From positions 2,688,001 to 2,752,000 of the forward strand of contig OZ242374.1 in NCBI GenBank assembly GCA_965209055.1: a stretch of 64,000 nt of DNA, written 5' to 3'. Made by a program: the position numbers and the translations under genes. A model generated the notes under the pieces. That model made no database searches, was not told the origin of the DNA, and saw nothing but the letters and a program-made list of their open reading frames with translations. Below are positions 20,035-30,245 of this stretch, piece after piece. Source of the stretch: Acidobacteriota bacterium. Lineage in GTDB: Bacteria > Acidobacteriota > UBA6911 > RPQK01 > JAJDTT01. Within the stretch, counting starts at the first letter, position 1, and each line of letters opens with the position of its first letter.

Positions 20035-22013
20035 TGCTCGTACTCCTTCTTGCCTTCGGCCGCCGCCGTACTCTGACCCGTGGCCAGCGTCATGATGGGG
20101 ACCTGTCCCAGCGGAAGCCGGGCGCCGGTCCGGTCGCCCGACGTGGGTTGGGCCCAGAGACGAACGAGCTGAGGCATTTCGGTGGCCGTGGCGTCCGCGT
20201 CCGCCACGAAGGCCATCGTCACTCCCTTTCGAACCGGACGGAATCGAGTGATGTCGCCGATATTGCCGCTTTCCAGGCCCATGGGGAAATAATAGGCGCC
20301 CAGGAGCAGAGAGTCGGTGTAAGGGGCCGGGGTTGCCGGCAGGACCCGGACGCCGCTGGGGAGGTTTTCCGCCGAAACGGCGACGCCTCCCTCGAAACCT
20401 TCCTCCATGTCGCAGACCACGGTGAAGGTCTTGCTCTGTCCCGGCTCCAGGTTCACCCGGTCGGTGGTGGGTCCCAACCTTCGCCCCTTGACTCCCAGGA
20501 CGTATTCCACCCGTCCCACGTGGGGGATCATGGGACGAATCATCAACCGGTAGGCCAGGTCGGATCCTCCCCTTCGGGAGGTCAGGTCCCGGATCTGGAG
20601 CCGGTAGATCCCGTCTTGCTGGAAGGTGAAGACCGTCTTTCGCTCCGTCGATTTGCTGACGTCGTCGCCGTCCCCGCCATATTCGAAGTGGATATTGTTG
20701 AAGACTTCCTCACCCTCCGGGTTCCAGACCCGGATCCAGGGATTGAATTGGGGAGGCGCGGCCTGTGGAGTTTCGACCTCGAAGACCAGGCCCTCTCCGG
20801 CCTTCGCCCGGAATCGATAGCTGTCCACGTCTCCCGGCGGGTCGATGGTCCCCTCCAGGAGCACGGCGGTGGGGACTTCCGGACCCTTCGAGTCGTTGGG
20901 TTCCTGCTCCTGCAATTGGGAGACGACCCGGTCCTGGGCCGCTTCTCGCCGGGACTCCGGCTCCGCCCCGGCGGCTCCTGTCCCAGAGGCAGGCTCGACA
21001 CTTCGAGCCGCCAGCACCTTCAGCCGGTCGGGCTCCAGGGGCTTATGGAACGCACCATGTTGAGCGTACGCCCCCGAGTCCCGCTCCAGCCAGTCGGCCG
21101 GATCGGGATGGGCCGGCTTGCCCATGATCGTGGAAGAGTCGGGAGGTTCGGTGGCGATCCGGAGCAGGTAGACGAAGTCGGGATTTCCCTCACCCAGAAA
21201 GGAACCCATGGACACCACATAGCGGCCGGCCTCTCGGAAGCGGTGCGTCGGCATGGGAAAGACGGCGAACTGAGCGCCCCAGCCCTGCCGCCGCGACTGG
21301 AGCACCGGAACCCAAGAGAGCGGCCTGGATTCCCAGGGCAGCCTGAGGAGTCGGTCCGGGTCGAACCAGCTTCCGGTGGGAGCGTAGAGATTCAACTCCG
21401 CCTCCGCGCTGTAGGGGATATAGATGGGAAAGGAGGTGAAGGTCTGGAAATAGAACTGCTCGCCCTCTTCCGCTTGGAACGAGTACAGGTCGAGCTCCCC
21501 GTTGGCCTTGGTGGTGCCGGCGATGACGACCGGTGGCTGAATCGCCTGCCGATCCTCCGCGTCCCGCTCCAGCACCACGGGCTCGCGGACCACCTGGAAG
21601 TTCAAGGCATTGGACATGCCGCGGGGAGTGACGATCCGAAACCGGTGAAGCCCGACTGCGGCGTCCTCGCTGATCCGGAATTGCAGCCGGGCCCGATGTC
21701 CGGCCAACTCGGTCTGCTTGGCCTGCGCGTCGCGTTCCACCAATTCGTCGGGCGCGGCTTCCTGGATCTCCTCCAGCTTCAGAAACCGGACTTCCACGTC
21801 GTCGCACTCGCACTCGAACCAGGCGGCGTAGGTTCCCTCCATGTGCTGGCCCCGGACCGACACCTCCATCGTGGTGCCCCGTTCTCCCCCCAGCGGGAAG
21901 ACGGAAAGGGTCTTTGGCTCCTTGGGCGCGGCCTTCCCGGAGTCGTCCGCGGCCCGGGAATCAGCCAGGAAAAGCAGCAAACTTGAGGCGATCAGAAGAC
22001 GGATCTTGATCAT
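20031..22013 (-). CDS. PPC (pre-peptidase C-terminal) domain protein of the DUF1501/DUF1553 cassette
   Basis: SVFPLGGERG, EQEPND, GDVDSYRF, YRLQIRD; coupled to the downstream gene. Confidence 0.8.
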   Translation of the reverse strand: MIKIRLLIASSLLLFLADSRAADDSGKAAPKEPKTLSVFPLGGERGTTMEVSVRGQHMEGTYAAWFECECDDVEVRFLKLEEIQEAAPDELVERDAQAKQTELAGHRARLQFRISEDAAVGLHRFRIVTPRGMSNALNFQVVREPVVLERDAEDRQAIQPPVVIAGTTKANGELDLYSFQAEEGEQFYFQTFTSFPIYIPYSAEAELNLYAPTGSWFDPDRLLRLPWESRPLSWVPVLQSRRQGWGAQFAVFPMPTHRFREAGRYVVSMGSFLGEGNPDFVYLLRIATEPPDSSTIMGKPAHPDPADWLERDSGAYAQHGAFHKPLEPDRLKVLAARSVEPASGTGAAGAEPESRREAAQDRVVSQLQEQEPNDSKGPEVPTAVLLEGTIDPPGDVDSYRFRAKAGEGLVFEVETPQAAPPQFNPWIRVWNPEGEEVFNNIHFEYGGDGDDVSKSTERKTVFTFQQDGIYRLQIRDLTSRRGGSDLAYRLMIRPMIPHVGRVEYVLGVKGRRLGPTTDRVNLEPGQSKTFTVVCDMEEGFEGGVAVSAENLPSGVRVLPATPAPYTDSLLLGAYYFPMGLESGNIGDITRFRPVRKGVTMAFVADADATATEMPQLVRLWAQPTSGDRTGARLPLGQVPIMTLATGQSTAAAEGKKEYEQ

Positions 22014-22172
22014 GGCTTCGGGTCTGCAATCGCCAGTCATGCTACCACACGGCACGGCCAGTTTCCGGCGTCCCGCGCCCGGTTTCTGCCGACAGCAAGT
22101 CTCGTAGTAGACTGACGGGGCGGCGAAGTCCGGCAATGCCGAACCCTGGCGCCGCTCGGTTGGAAAGATCCG

Positions 22173-23396
22173 GTGTCCGCATCAGCAGACGGGAGGAATA
22201 AGGCATTGAATTGTCCATCAAGTCCAAGGTTCGCATCTCGATTTCGGTTCGTCCGTATATCGCTACTCGCACTGTTTCCACTCTGGCTCCAGTTCTCCTG
22301 CAGTGAATCGGTCCCGCCCCAAGAGGAGACGAAGCGGAGCCTGGTGGTTCCGCCGCCCGATTTCAAGGTGGCCTTCGTCGGAGACTCGGGCTACGGTCCG
22401 CGGACCGACCGGGTATTGGAGCTGATCCGGCAGGAAGGGGCGCATTTGGTTCTCCACCAGGGAGACCTCGGTTACGACGAGGGCAACCTGGAGGCGCCGG
22501 TCAACTGGCACTCGGGGGTCGAGCGGATTCTGGACGCGGCCGTCGAGGGAGGCCGGTTTCCCTATCTCTACAGCGTCGGCAACCACGACGTGCGGCACTG
22601 GCGCCAGCGGACCCCTCCGGGGTACAGCCGCATTCTCCAGGAACGGGTCGAGGGAACTCCCGGCCTGGAGTGCACGGGGGATCTGGGGGTGAAGTCCACC
22701 TGCACCTACCAGGGACTCTTCCTGGTGCTCTCGGGAGTGGGCTCCATGGGTCAGGGGCACCGGCAGTACCTTTCCGAGGCTCTGGAAGAGGGAGAGGACT
22801 TCCTCTGGAAAATCGCCTCCTGGCACAAGAACCAGCAGGACATGCAGGCGGGCGGAAAACGGGACGACACCGGCTGGGGGGTCTACCGGGACTGCCAGGA
22901 AGCCGGAGCCATCATCGCCACCGGTCACGAGCACTCCTATTCCCGGAGCTACACGCTGACCGATCTGGGCAACGAGGCGGCGGGCCACGGCGCCACCGGT
23001 TCCCCCGAGCGGATGTTTCTGGGAATGGGGAAGACCTTCGTCCTGGTCAGCGGACTCGGGGGCAAGAGCGGACGGGACTACCACTGCGAACAGCACGAGG
23101 ACGACACCTGGTGGGCCTCCATCTTCACCCGGAACTACTGGCTCAGAAACGGTGAAGTCAAGGAGAAGAACTGCTCGACCATGGACCCCGAGAGCAAGCA
23201 ATACGCCCGGACGGTCCAGGAGTACGCGGACGGCGCCCTGTTCATCACCTTCAACCCGGGCGGCCAGACTCATCTGGCCCGCGGCGAGTTCCTGACGGTG
23301 GAGGGAGACCGGATCGACGAGTTCGAGATCGTGAATGAACTGGGTGCGGAGGAGGCCGCAGTCAGCGCGGCCGGCGGCGCCGGAGAGGGCGGATGA
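22173..23396 (+). CDS. Calcineurin-like metallophosphoesterase (start uncertain)
   Basis: GDSG, HQGDLGY, GNHD, TGHEHSYSR. Confidence 0.88.
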   Translation: MSASADGRNKALNCPSSPRFASRFRFVRISLLALFPLWLQFSCSESVPPQEETKRSLVVPPPDFKVAFVGDSGYGPRTDRVLELIRQEGAHLVLHQGDLGYDEGNLEAPVNWHSGVERILDAAVEGGRFPYLYSVGNHDVRHWRQRTPPGYSRILQERVEGTPGLECTGDLGVKSTCTYQGLFLVLSGVGSMGQGHRQYLSEALEEGEDFLWKIASWHKNQQDMQAGGKRDDTGWGVYRDCQEAGAIIATGHEHSYSRSYTLTDLGNEAAGHGATGSPERMFLGMGKTFVLVSGLGGKSGRDYHCEQHEDDTWWASIFTRNYWLRNGEVKEKNCSTMDPESKQYARTVQEYADGALFITFNPGGQTHLARGEFLTVEGDRIDEFEIVNELGAEEAAVSAAGGAGEGG

Positions 23397-24322
23397 AAAG
23401 GCGCGACGCCCTGAAAGTGATGGCGGGTGGCCTGATGGCCGGGGACCTCTGGGGCCGGTCCGGAAGCGGGCGGCTTCAGGCCGCTCCGGACTTCCGACTC
23501 CGTTACATCCTGGCGTCCAGCCTCTATGGAACGTTGAAGCTGAAGGAGATCCTTCCCGAGGTGGCGCGGACAGGTTGCCGCTTCATCGACATCTGGCCCC
23601 GGGGCCATGCCGATCAGCGGGAGCAGATCGAGGAAATGGGTCATGAAGCCTTCGCCCGGCTCCTGCGGCAGCACGGCGTCCAGGTGGGGATCCTGACCCA
23701 CTACGACCTGGGCCCTTTCGGGCTTCAGGAGGAAATGAAGGTCGGCCGCCAGTGGGGGACCCGCATCCTGATCTGCGGCAGCGTCAAGCGGACCGGCGAG
23801 GGTCCGGAATCGCTCGAAGCCGAAATCGACGCGTTCATCGAAAAGATGAAGCCGCACGTGGCTGCCGCCGAGGAGGCCGGGGTGACCATCGGCATCGAGA
23901 ATCACGGCTCGGCCCTGATCCGGAGCCCGGAATCCATTCGCTATCTGGCCGAAAAGTCTCCTTCACCTCGTCTGGGGATCGCTCTCGCTCCGTACCACCT
24001 GCCCCAGGACCCGGAACTCATCGCCGGACTCATCCGGGATCTGGGCCCGAAGATGGTCCACTTCTACGCCTGGGAACATGGCAAGGGCGCCATGAAGAAG
24101 CTCCCCAAGGCAGAGGAAATGGAGCAGTTGCCCGGTTTCGGCAGTCTCGACTTCGTCCCCGTCGTCCGGGCCCTCAAGGAGACCCGTTATGAGGGTTGGA
24201 CCTCCATCTTCATGCACCCGGTCCCCCGGGGGATTCCCATCCTGCCCACCGCCCGGGAGGTCACGGAAGCCGTGAACCGGTCCCGCCGCTATCTGGAGGA
24301 TTGTCTGAAGGCGGTTTCGTGA
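23393..24322 (+). CDS. Sugar phosphate isomerase/epimerase (AP-endonuclease-2 TIM barrel), Tat signal
   Basis: RRDALK, IGIENH, PGFGSLDF. Confidence 0.85.
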   Translation: MKRRDALKVMAGGLMAGDLWGRSGSGRLQAAPDFRLRYILASSLYGTLKLKEILPEVARTGCRFIDIWPRGHADQREQIEEMGHEAFARLLRQHGVQVGILTHYDLGPFGLQEEMKVGRQWGTRILICGSVKRTGEGPESLEAEIDAFIEKMKPHVAAAEEAGVTIGIENHGSALIRSPESIRYLAEKSPSPRLGIALAPYHLPQDPELIAGLIRDLGPKMVHFYAWEHGKGAMKKLPKAEEMEQLPGFGSLDFVPVVRALKETRYEGWTSIFMHPVPRGIPILPTAREVTEAVNRSRRYLEDCLKAVS

Positions 24323-24388
24323 GGGGGGGAGCCGATGCCAGCGGGCGTAGGGACGATCCATGGTTGAACTGAAGATTCGAAGATTTAG

Positions 24389-25578
24389 GGAAGGTCTGAT
24401 TAAGTCCTCATATGGGGCGAAACAGACCTTGTATCCCTCCCTTTTTCGGATCCAGACGCTCTAACCTGGGATTTGCAACCCTGAATTGGTCTTGACCAAG
24501 CGATTGCGAGACGGTTTCCCCAGCCTCAAACACAGCCGTGCCGCATTCCGATCAGGCGGTCACACCGGAGCGCTCGGCGATCATCAGATTGGCGAATCCC
24601 ACCAGCAGATAGATCCGTTGGGTGTTTTTCGCCAGCCCGCGGTAGCGCACCTTGGCGTAGCCGAAATGCCGTTTCAGGTACCCGAACACATGTTCTGCCT
24701 TCGCCCGTACCGATGCCTTACGCCGCTCGGCCAACGCCGCCTCACTCTCCGGCGACAGCTGCCAACGCTTCCCGGGCTTCATCATCACCTGCCAATCCAC
24801 CGGCCGATCTCGATTCTCCGACCGCTTCTGCACTCCCTGGTATCCGGAATCCCCCCAAACTTGCGACTCCGAGCCGTGCAGCAATTCGGAGGCCCGCGTC
24901 ACGTCATGCTCGTTGGCCGGAGCCGTCACCACCGTGTGCGCCACCCCCGTCTGGGCGTCCACCCCCAGGTGGGCCTTCATTCCGAAATACCACTGTTTTC
25001 CCTTTTTCGTCTGGTGCATCTCCGGATCCCGCGCCCGATCCTTGTTTTTCGTCGAGGAAGGCGCCGCCAGGATACTCGCGTCCACGATCGTCCCCCGGCT
25101 CAGCCGCAGGCCTTGACGCTGCAGGTGAGAACCGATCTCCTCGAACAGCGCCTCCCCCAGACCATGCTCCTCCAGCCGATGACGGAACTTCAGAATCGTC
25201 GTCTCGTCCGGCAGCGGCCCTGTGAGCTTCAGACCCACGAACCGCCGCACCGACTCCACCTCGTAAAGCAGATCCTCCATCCCCGGATCGCTCAGGTTGT
25301 AAAACAACTGCACGCAGTGGATCCGCAGCATCGCCGAGAGCGGGTAGGGACGCCGGCCCCGTCCCGCTTTCGGGTAAAACGGCTCAATCCGGGCTTCCAA
25401 CTGCTCCCACGGAATCAACCCGTCCATGCGGACCAGAAACTTCTCCCGACGGGTCACCCGCTTCTTGGCGTCGTATTCCAGATCTGCGAACGTCCGTTGC
25501 GACATCGTCTTTCCCCCCACGCAGTGATGATGAAGGGATTATCGTGCAGAACGCTGACTCGACTTAATCAGACCTTCC
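24389..25578 (-). mobile_element. IS5-family insertion sequence (1190 bp)
   Basis: Perfect 18-bp TIRs GGAAGGTCTGATTAAGTC (24389-24406 / 25561-25578); 4-bp TSD TTAG (24385-88 / 25579-82). Confidence 0.97.
24552..25505 (-). CDS. IS5 family transposase
   Basis: TRREKFL, GRRPY, PDETTILKFR, IVDAS, WYFGMKAH, WGDSGYQG, RAKAEHVF. Confidence 0.97.
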   Translation of the reverse strand: MSQRTFADLEYDAKKRVTRREKFLVRMDGLIPWEQLEARIEPFYPKAGRGRRPYPLSAMLRIHCVQLFYNLSDPGMEDLLYEVESVRRFVGLKLTGPLPDETTILKFRHRLEEHGLGEALFEEIGSHLQRQGLRLSRGTIVDASILAAPSSTKNKDRARDPEMHQTKKGKQWYFGMKAHLGVDAQTGVAHTVVTAPANEHDVTRASELLHGSESQVWGDSGYQGVQKRSENRDRPVDWQVMMKPGKRWQLSPESEAALAERRKASVRAKAEHVFGYLKRHFGYAKVRYRGLAKNTQRIYLLVGFANLMIAERSGVTA

Positions 25579-25820
25579 TTAGCAATCTGCTTGGTGTCAT
25601 CCTCCCCAAAGAGGTCATTGATCGACTGCGGGTGAAAGAAGGGGAGACACTGTTTCTGACCGAAGCTCCTGACGGAGGCTACCAACTGACGTCCGGCGAT
25701 CCCCCGTGCGAAGAGAAATTGGTGAAAGCGGAAGACATCATCAATCGCTATTGCGGCACGTTGCGGGAATTGGCCAAGTGACAGTAATGCAAGAAGGGGA
25801 CAGTCCGGTGTTCTTCCGAA

Positions 25821-27035
25821 TCACAAAAGCCGGGTGACATTTACTCTGCGTGCGACCGCCCTGACTGCGGACTCATCGAGTTCGACGCCCAGGCCCGGTC
25901 CCGCGGGCACGATGTACTCGGCGCCGTCGACCTGGAGGGGCCGGCGGAGATAGTGGTTGGCAACCGAGAAGACGGCCGGGTTGTACTCGGCGAGCCCGAC
26001 GTTGCTCGCCGCGGCAGCGAACTGCAGGGCCGCGGCAATCTGGGGTCCCATGGCGATGCTGATGTGGGGGACGATCCGGGCGCTGGCGCCGACGTCCCGG
26101 GCAAGGCCGGCCGCTTCGGTGATGCCGCAACGGCCGATGTCAGGCTGCAACCACTGGGCGCAGCCGGATGCCAGGAACGGCGCCAGTTCGTACCGCGTAC
26201 GATAGCACTCGCCCAATGCGATCGGGGTGCGGATTTCAGCCGCCAGATCGGCGTGGTCCTCCGGGAATTCCGGAGCCAGCGGGCACTCGAGCCACAGGGC
26301 TCCGCGATCGTCAAGCTTTCTGCAAAAGCCGCCCGCCGAGTCCCCGTCAAGCCGCCAGAGAGCGTCCACCGCGATGGACACCTCCGGCCCCAAGGCTGCG
26401 CGCAGGCGGTCGATGAGATCGAAGAGTTCTTCTTCCGTGCGGTCGTAGAACAGTTTGAAGATTCGAAATCCCGCGTCCCAGGCTTCCCGGGCCCGCTCGA
26501 CTCGATCCGCGTTCGTTGCGCCCGGGAGCCCCGAGAGGTAGCACGGAATCCTGCTCTTGGGGGCGGAAGACGACAGCAGGTCCGCGACCGAAGTCCCGCG
26601 AGCCTTGCCGGCCAGGTCCCACAGGGCGATGTCGACTCCCGCAATCGCATCGACCATGAAGCCGCCCGTCTGACCGCGAACGCGCATGGTCGAGTACATC
26701 CGATTTCGCAACGATCTCACCGTATCGGGAGAACCGTCGAAATCCTGGCCCTCGACGGCCGGGCGCAGCAATTGATCCATGATCAGGCACACTACATCCG
26801 GAGCGAGCGGGGCCTGGGCGTCTCCCCATCCGGCCAGGCCCGACTCCAGGGTCACCTTGACCAGGGCGGCTTCGAAATTCACCGAATAGAGCGTGCTGCT
26901 GGTTTCCGACCAGCGGTAGTCAAACCCGCTGGCAGCCAGCGCGGCCGGGCTGCCGGCGGTTCCTGTCACCTCCGCGGCGTCACGCGGCAGCCTGACCGAA
27001 AACGCCTCGATTGAAGCGATTCGATCTACCGGCAT
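25821..27035 (-). CDS. Mandelate racemase/muconate lactonizing enzyme family protein
   Basis: DIALWDLAGK, FKL, VDALW, WLECP, QPDIGR, GPGLGVE. Confidence 0.9.
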   Translation of the reverse strand: MPVDRIASIEAFSVRLPRDAAEVTGTAGSPAALAASGFDYRWSETSSTLYSVNFEAALVKVTLESGLAGWGDAQAPLAPDVVCLIMDQLLRPAVEGQDFDGSPDTVRSLRNRMYSTMRVRGQTGGFMVDAIAGVDIALWDLAGKARGTSVADLLSSSAPKSRIPCYLSGLPGATNADRVERAREAWDAGFRIFKLFYDRTEEELFDLIDRLRAALGPEVSIAVDALWRLDGDSAGGFCRKLDDRGALWLECPLAPEFPEDHADLAAEIRTPIALGECYRTRYELAPFLASGCAQWLQPDIGRCGITEAAGLARDVGASARIVPHISIAMGPQIAAALQFAAAASNVGLAEYNPAVFSVANHYLRRPLQVDGAEYIVPAGPGLGVELDESAVRAVARRVNVTRLL

Positions 27036-27937
27036 GGCTGACTGTTCGTCCCAACCAATTTTCGCAGAGCCTCAAGCTCGCTCAACCCGTGTTCATCGAG
27101 CGAGCGGGTTGGATGGCGAACCATGGCGTTCTCGACAACACCCGCATGCACGAGATTGTGCTTCATTGCCGAAATGCCCAGTCCGGGCTGCAGTTCATAC
27201 CGGATCAAGGGCAGCGCCCGCTGGAACGCTCTCCATGCCGATTCGAGCTCACCGTTCTCAAGCGCGCTCCAGATCGAGCAGAAGACCGAAATCAGGTCGC
27301 TGCCCGGCATGGTTCCCTGGGATCCCCGCTGCCACTCCTCGATCATGAACTGCCCGTTCAGTCCTCCCAACAACCTCAGCGTGTCACCGGCGGCTTCGAG
27401 CGTCATGGTGATCTTGGGGGCGGTCGGCGGAGCTTCGATCTTCGCGTAGTCCACATGCTCGATTTCGCGCGCCAGGCGTGCGAGCAGCGCCGGAGGCATA
27501 ACGACCTGCGTGAGCAGGGGCGCATCCTGCACCATGATCGGAATCCCCACCGCGTCGCTGATCTCCGAATAGAAGAACATCAGGCCGTCCGCATCCGGGC
27601 GCAAGTAGTACGGCGGCAAGACCATCAAGCCGGCCGCACCGAGCCCCTCCGCTTCTTTGCAGGTTTCCACGGCGGCTTCCGTGCCGGTGGCTCCGACGCC
27701 GGCGATAACCGGGGCCCTGCCGTCCAAATGACGCACCAACGCATCGAGCACCAGCCGCTTCTCTGAAGGGAGGAGAGCGTAGCCCTCGCCGGCGTTGCCG
27801 AAGGCGCCGAAGCCGTCGCGGGCTCCGTGCGCCTGCAGATGGTCAACAAGCCGCAGCAGGCTGGCCACGTCGACCTTGCCGTCGCCCTTGAACGGCGTTA
27901 CGAGGATGGGGATGACCCCTTGGAAATCGTGCTGCAC
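27026..27937 (-). CDS. Dihydrodipicolinate synthase family lyase/aldolase (start uncertain)
   Basis: GVIPILVTPF, GNAGE, MVLPPYY, YAKIE. Confidence 0.9.
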   Translation of the reverse strand: MQHDFQGVIPILVTPFKGDGKVDVASLLRLVDHLQAHGARDGFGAFGNAGEGYALLPSEKRLVLDALVRHLDGRAPVIAGVGATGTEAAVETCKEAEGLGAAGLMVLPPYYLRPDADGLMFFYSEISDAVGIPIMVQDAPLLTQVVMPPALLARLAREIEHVDYAKIEAPPTAPKITMTLEAAGDTLRLLGGLNGQFMIEEWQRGSQGTMPGSDLISVFCSIWSALENGELESAWRAFQRALPLIRYELQPGLGISAMKHNLVHAGVVENAMVRHPTRSLDEHGLSELEALRKLVGTNSQPCR

Positions 27938-27975
27938 TTTAGACTTCTTCTTACCGGAAGCTGCCCGCCGCTCCT

Positions 27976-29163
27976 CTACCACATCGACTTCTTGTCCCCC
28001 CACGGGTGACGGAGAAGCTCCTCCTCAACGAGCTCGGTCCCCCATCCGGGACCGGTGGGAATCTTCATGTGGCCGTTGACGACTTCGGGCGCATGGGTCG
28101 TCACATCGTCCCTCCACGGCACGTCGTCGATGTCGGCCTCCATGATGCGGACGTTGGGGAGAACCCCGCAGAGGCTGGCGCTCATGAAAGTGGCCAGATG
28201 GCTGTAGTAGTTGTGAGGAGCGACGTTCAGTTGGTAGGTCTCCGCCAGGTCTCCGATCTTCTTGGCCTGGGAGAATCCGTTCCAGGGCACGTCCACCATG
28301 AATACGTCGGCCGCCCGCAACTCGAAGTAGGGAATGAACTCCCGCATGTAGATCAGGTTCTCCCCGGTGCAGATGGGCGTCGAGGTCGATTCCCTGATGT
28401 CCCGAATGGATTGGGGATCGTACATGTCGATCTCCAGCCAGAGCAGGTCGTAGGGCTCCAGGGCGCGGGCGATCCGGCGGCAGGCTTCCGGTTTGAAGTT
28501 GAAATTGAGGTCCAGGTTGATGTCGATGTGGGGTCCGACGGCCTCTCGAAAAGTCGCGATGATGCTCACGATGTGATCCAGCAACTGTGGAGTGATGGCT
28601 TGGTCCGTAGTGCCGGGACCGCTCGCGAATCCGGGAAAGTAGGCGAACGGATCTTCTCCCGGGAAGATGATGTTCGTTTTCAATGCGGTGTAGCCCTTGG
28701 CCAACACCTCACGGCCCAGGGCGCCCACGTCCGACAGGTTCCGGAGAGGCTCGCACCGAACGTGGCGGTAGTGCGCGGTCCGGGTGGTTCCGCAATGCGA
28801 CCAGTAGAGGCGGACCTCCTCCCTCAAGGGTCCGCCGAAGAGCTCCACCACTGAAATGCCCAAGGCCCGCGCCTTGATGTCCAGGAGCGCCAGCTCGATT
28901 CCGGCGATCCCCTTGGCCGCGATGCCGCCCGGACTCTGGCGGCTGCCTCGGATCATGTCCCAGAACCGCATCTCGAAGGCCCGCGGATCCTGTCCCATGA
29001 GCACCGGCTTCAGGTCGTTGACGACACCCACCACGCCCCACGGATTCTTGCCGTCGCTGCACTCGCCGTAGCCGGTCACCCCCTCGTCGGTCTCGATCTT
29101 GACGAAGACCCAGGGTCTCCAACCGGCGTCCACGACGAAGGTCTTGATCTCGGTGATTTTCAT
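27976..29163 (-). CDS. Mandelate racemase family dehydratase (DgoD-like)
   Basis: WVFVKIETDEGVTGYGE, ALKT, DLN, WLE, TGE, GPGWG. Confidence 0.9.
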   Translation of the reverse strand: MKITEIKTFVVDAGWRPWVFVKIETDEGVTGYGECSDGKNPWGVVGVVNDLKPVLMGQDPRAFEMRFWDMIRGSRQSPGGIAAKGIAGIELALLDIKARALGISVVELFGGPLREEVRLYWSHCGTTRTAHYRHVRCEPLRNLSDVGALGREVLAKGYTALKTNIIFPGEDPFAYFPGFASGPGTTDQAITPQLLDHIVSIIATFREAVGPHIDINLDLNFNFKPEACRRIARALEPYDLLWLEIDMYDPQSIRDIRESTSTPICTGENLIYMREFIPYFELRAADVFMVDVPWNGFSQAKKIGDLAETYQLNVAPHNYYSHLATFMSASLCGVLPNVRIMEADIDDVPWRDDVTTHAPEVVNGHMKIPTGPGWGTELVEEELLRHPWGDKKSMW

Positions 29164-29304
29164 GGCGCTGCTGCCTCGTCTCTGAAAAGGTTCCGAGAGA
29201 GTATGCCTGAGAATGCTACCCGTGCAAGCCTTACCGAATGGCCCGGCGCGGAGCTGGCACCGTCATATCGACTGCCAACGCCGTGAGTATGAGACCATGG
29301 AGTC

Positions 29305-29559
29305 ATGAAAGCGGCTGTCGAACTTGATGACGCTACCTTCCGAGAAGCCAGTACCCTGGCCGCCGGTCGCGGGATGACGTTGGAGCAGTTTGTCGCTGAC
29401 GCAGTCCAAGAGCAGCTCCGTCGGTACGCCCGTGACGCCAATATTCGAGACAAAGAGTCACCTTGGATGGCCGGTTTCGGCGGGCTGGCCGACCTCAAGA
29501 ACGAAAATCGGTGTGTTCTACGTATGATCGAGGAGGAGTTCGAGGGGCCTGACTCGTAA
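29305..29559 (+). CDS. VapB/CopG-like antitoxin (orphan)
   Basis: 84 aa with RHH-like MKAAVELDDATFREA...GMTLEQFVADAV and C-terminal IEEEFE; followed by a toxin stub. Confidence 0.65.
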   Translation: MKAAVELDDATFREASTLAAGRGMTLEQFVADAVQEQLRRYARDANIRDKESPWMAGFGGLADLKNENRCVLRMIEEEFEGPDS

Positions 29560-29566
29560 CGATTGC

Positions 29567-29590
29567 GTGATCCTCGATACGACTTCTTGA
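29567..29590 (+). pseudogene. Possible 5' stub of a vapC (PIN) toxin gene
   Basis: GTG ATC CTC GAT ACG ACT TCT TGA = MILDTTS*, the canonical PIN start, 7 bp after the antitoxin stop. Confidence 0.45.
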
Positions 29591-29660
29591 TTGTCCCCGA
29601 CGCATTTTCAGAGTCGCACCGGGCGTGCTAATCTGGTTTTCACTCATCAGGGGAGATCAC

Positions 29661-30245
29661 ATGGACAAAGTACTCGTCATTGTTGGAGATGCGACGGAGA
29701 CGGTGGATACTCTGTATCCCTATTTCCGCCTCCAGGAGGCCGGCTTCCAGCCCGTCGTCGCGGGGCCCGAGAAGCGCCGCTACAACATGGTCCTGCATGA
29801 GATCGGGCCCAACTGGGACATCACCCGGGAATTCGAGGGCTACAAGATCGACGCGGACATCGCCTTTCGCGACGTGGTGCCGGAAGAGTACCTGGGCATC
29901 TTCTTTTCGGGCGGCCGCGCTCCCGAGTACATTCGTTACGACGAGGACCTGGTGGCCATGACGCGCCACTTCTTCGACGCCAACAAGCCTGTGGGTTGCG
30001 TCTGTCACGGCGTAGAGATTCCCGCCTACGCCGGCTGCGTCAAGGGGCGGAGGATGGCCACCGTTCCCAAGTGCAAGTTCGACCTGGAGGTGTGCGGCGG
30101 CATATTCGTCGACGCCGGTTGCGTGGTGGACGGCAACCTGGTGAGCGGGCGCACGTATCACGACCACGGCCAGTACATGGGGCACTGGATCCGGCTGCTG
30201 ATCGAGGCTCGTGAGGAACAGCTTGTCCAGGCCGCGGCCGGCTGA
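29661..30245 (+). CDS. DJ-1/PfpI family protein
   Basis: SGGRAPEY, catalytic VCHG, VVDGNLVS. Confidence 0.92.
   Translation: MDKVLVIVGDATETVDTLYPYFRLQEAGFQPVVAGPEKRRYNMVLHEIGPNWDITREFEGYKIDADIAFRDVVPEEYLGIFFSGGRAPEYIRYDEDLVAMTRHFFDANKPVGCVCHGVEIPAYAGCVKGRRMATVPKCKFDLEVCGGIFVDAGCVVDGNLVSGRTYHDHGQYMGHWIRLLIEAREEQLVQAAAG

Larger units (their letters stand above)
24360..25781 (+). pseudogene. AbrB/MazE/SpoVT antitoxin-like gene interrupted by IS5
   Basis: Removing 24389-25582 restores a 75-aa ORF MVELKIRRFSNLLGVILPKEVIDRLRVKEGETLFLTEAPDGGY...RYCGTLRELAK. Confidence 0.88.

Noticed and set aside
24486-25781. 431-aa plus-strand ORF
   Set aside because: It is the antisense shadow of the IS5 transposase fused by chance to the abrB 3' fragment.
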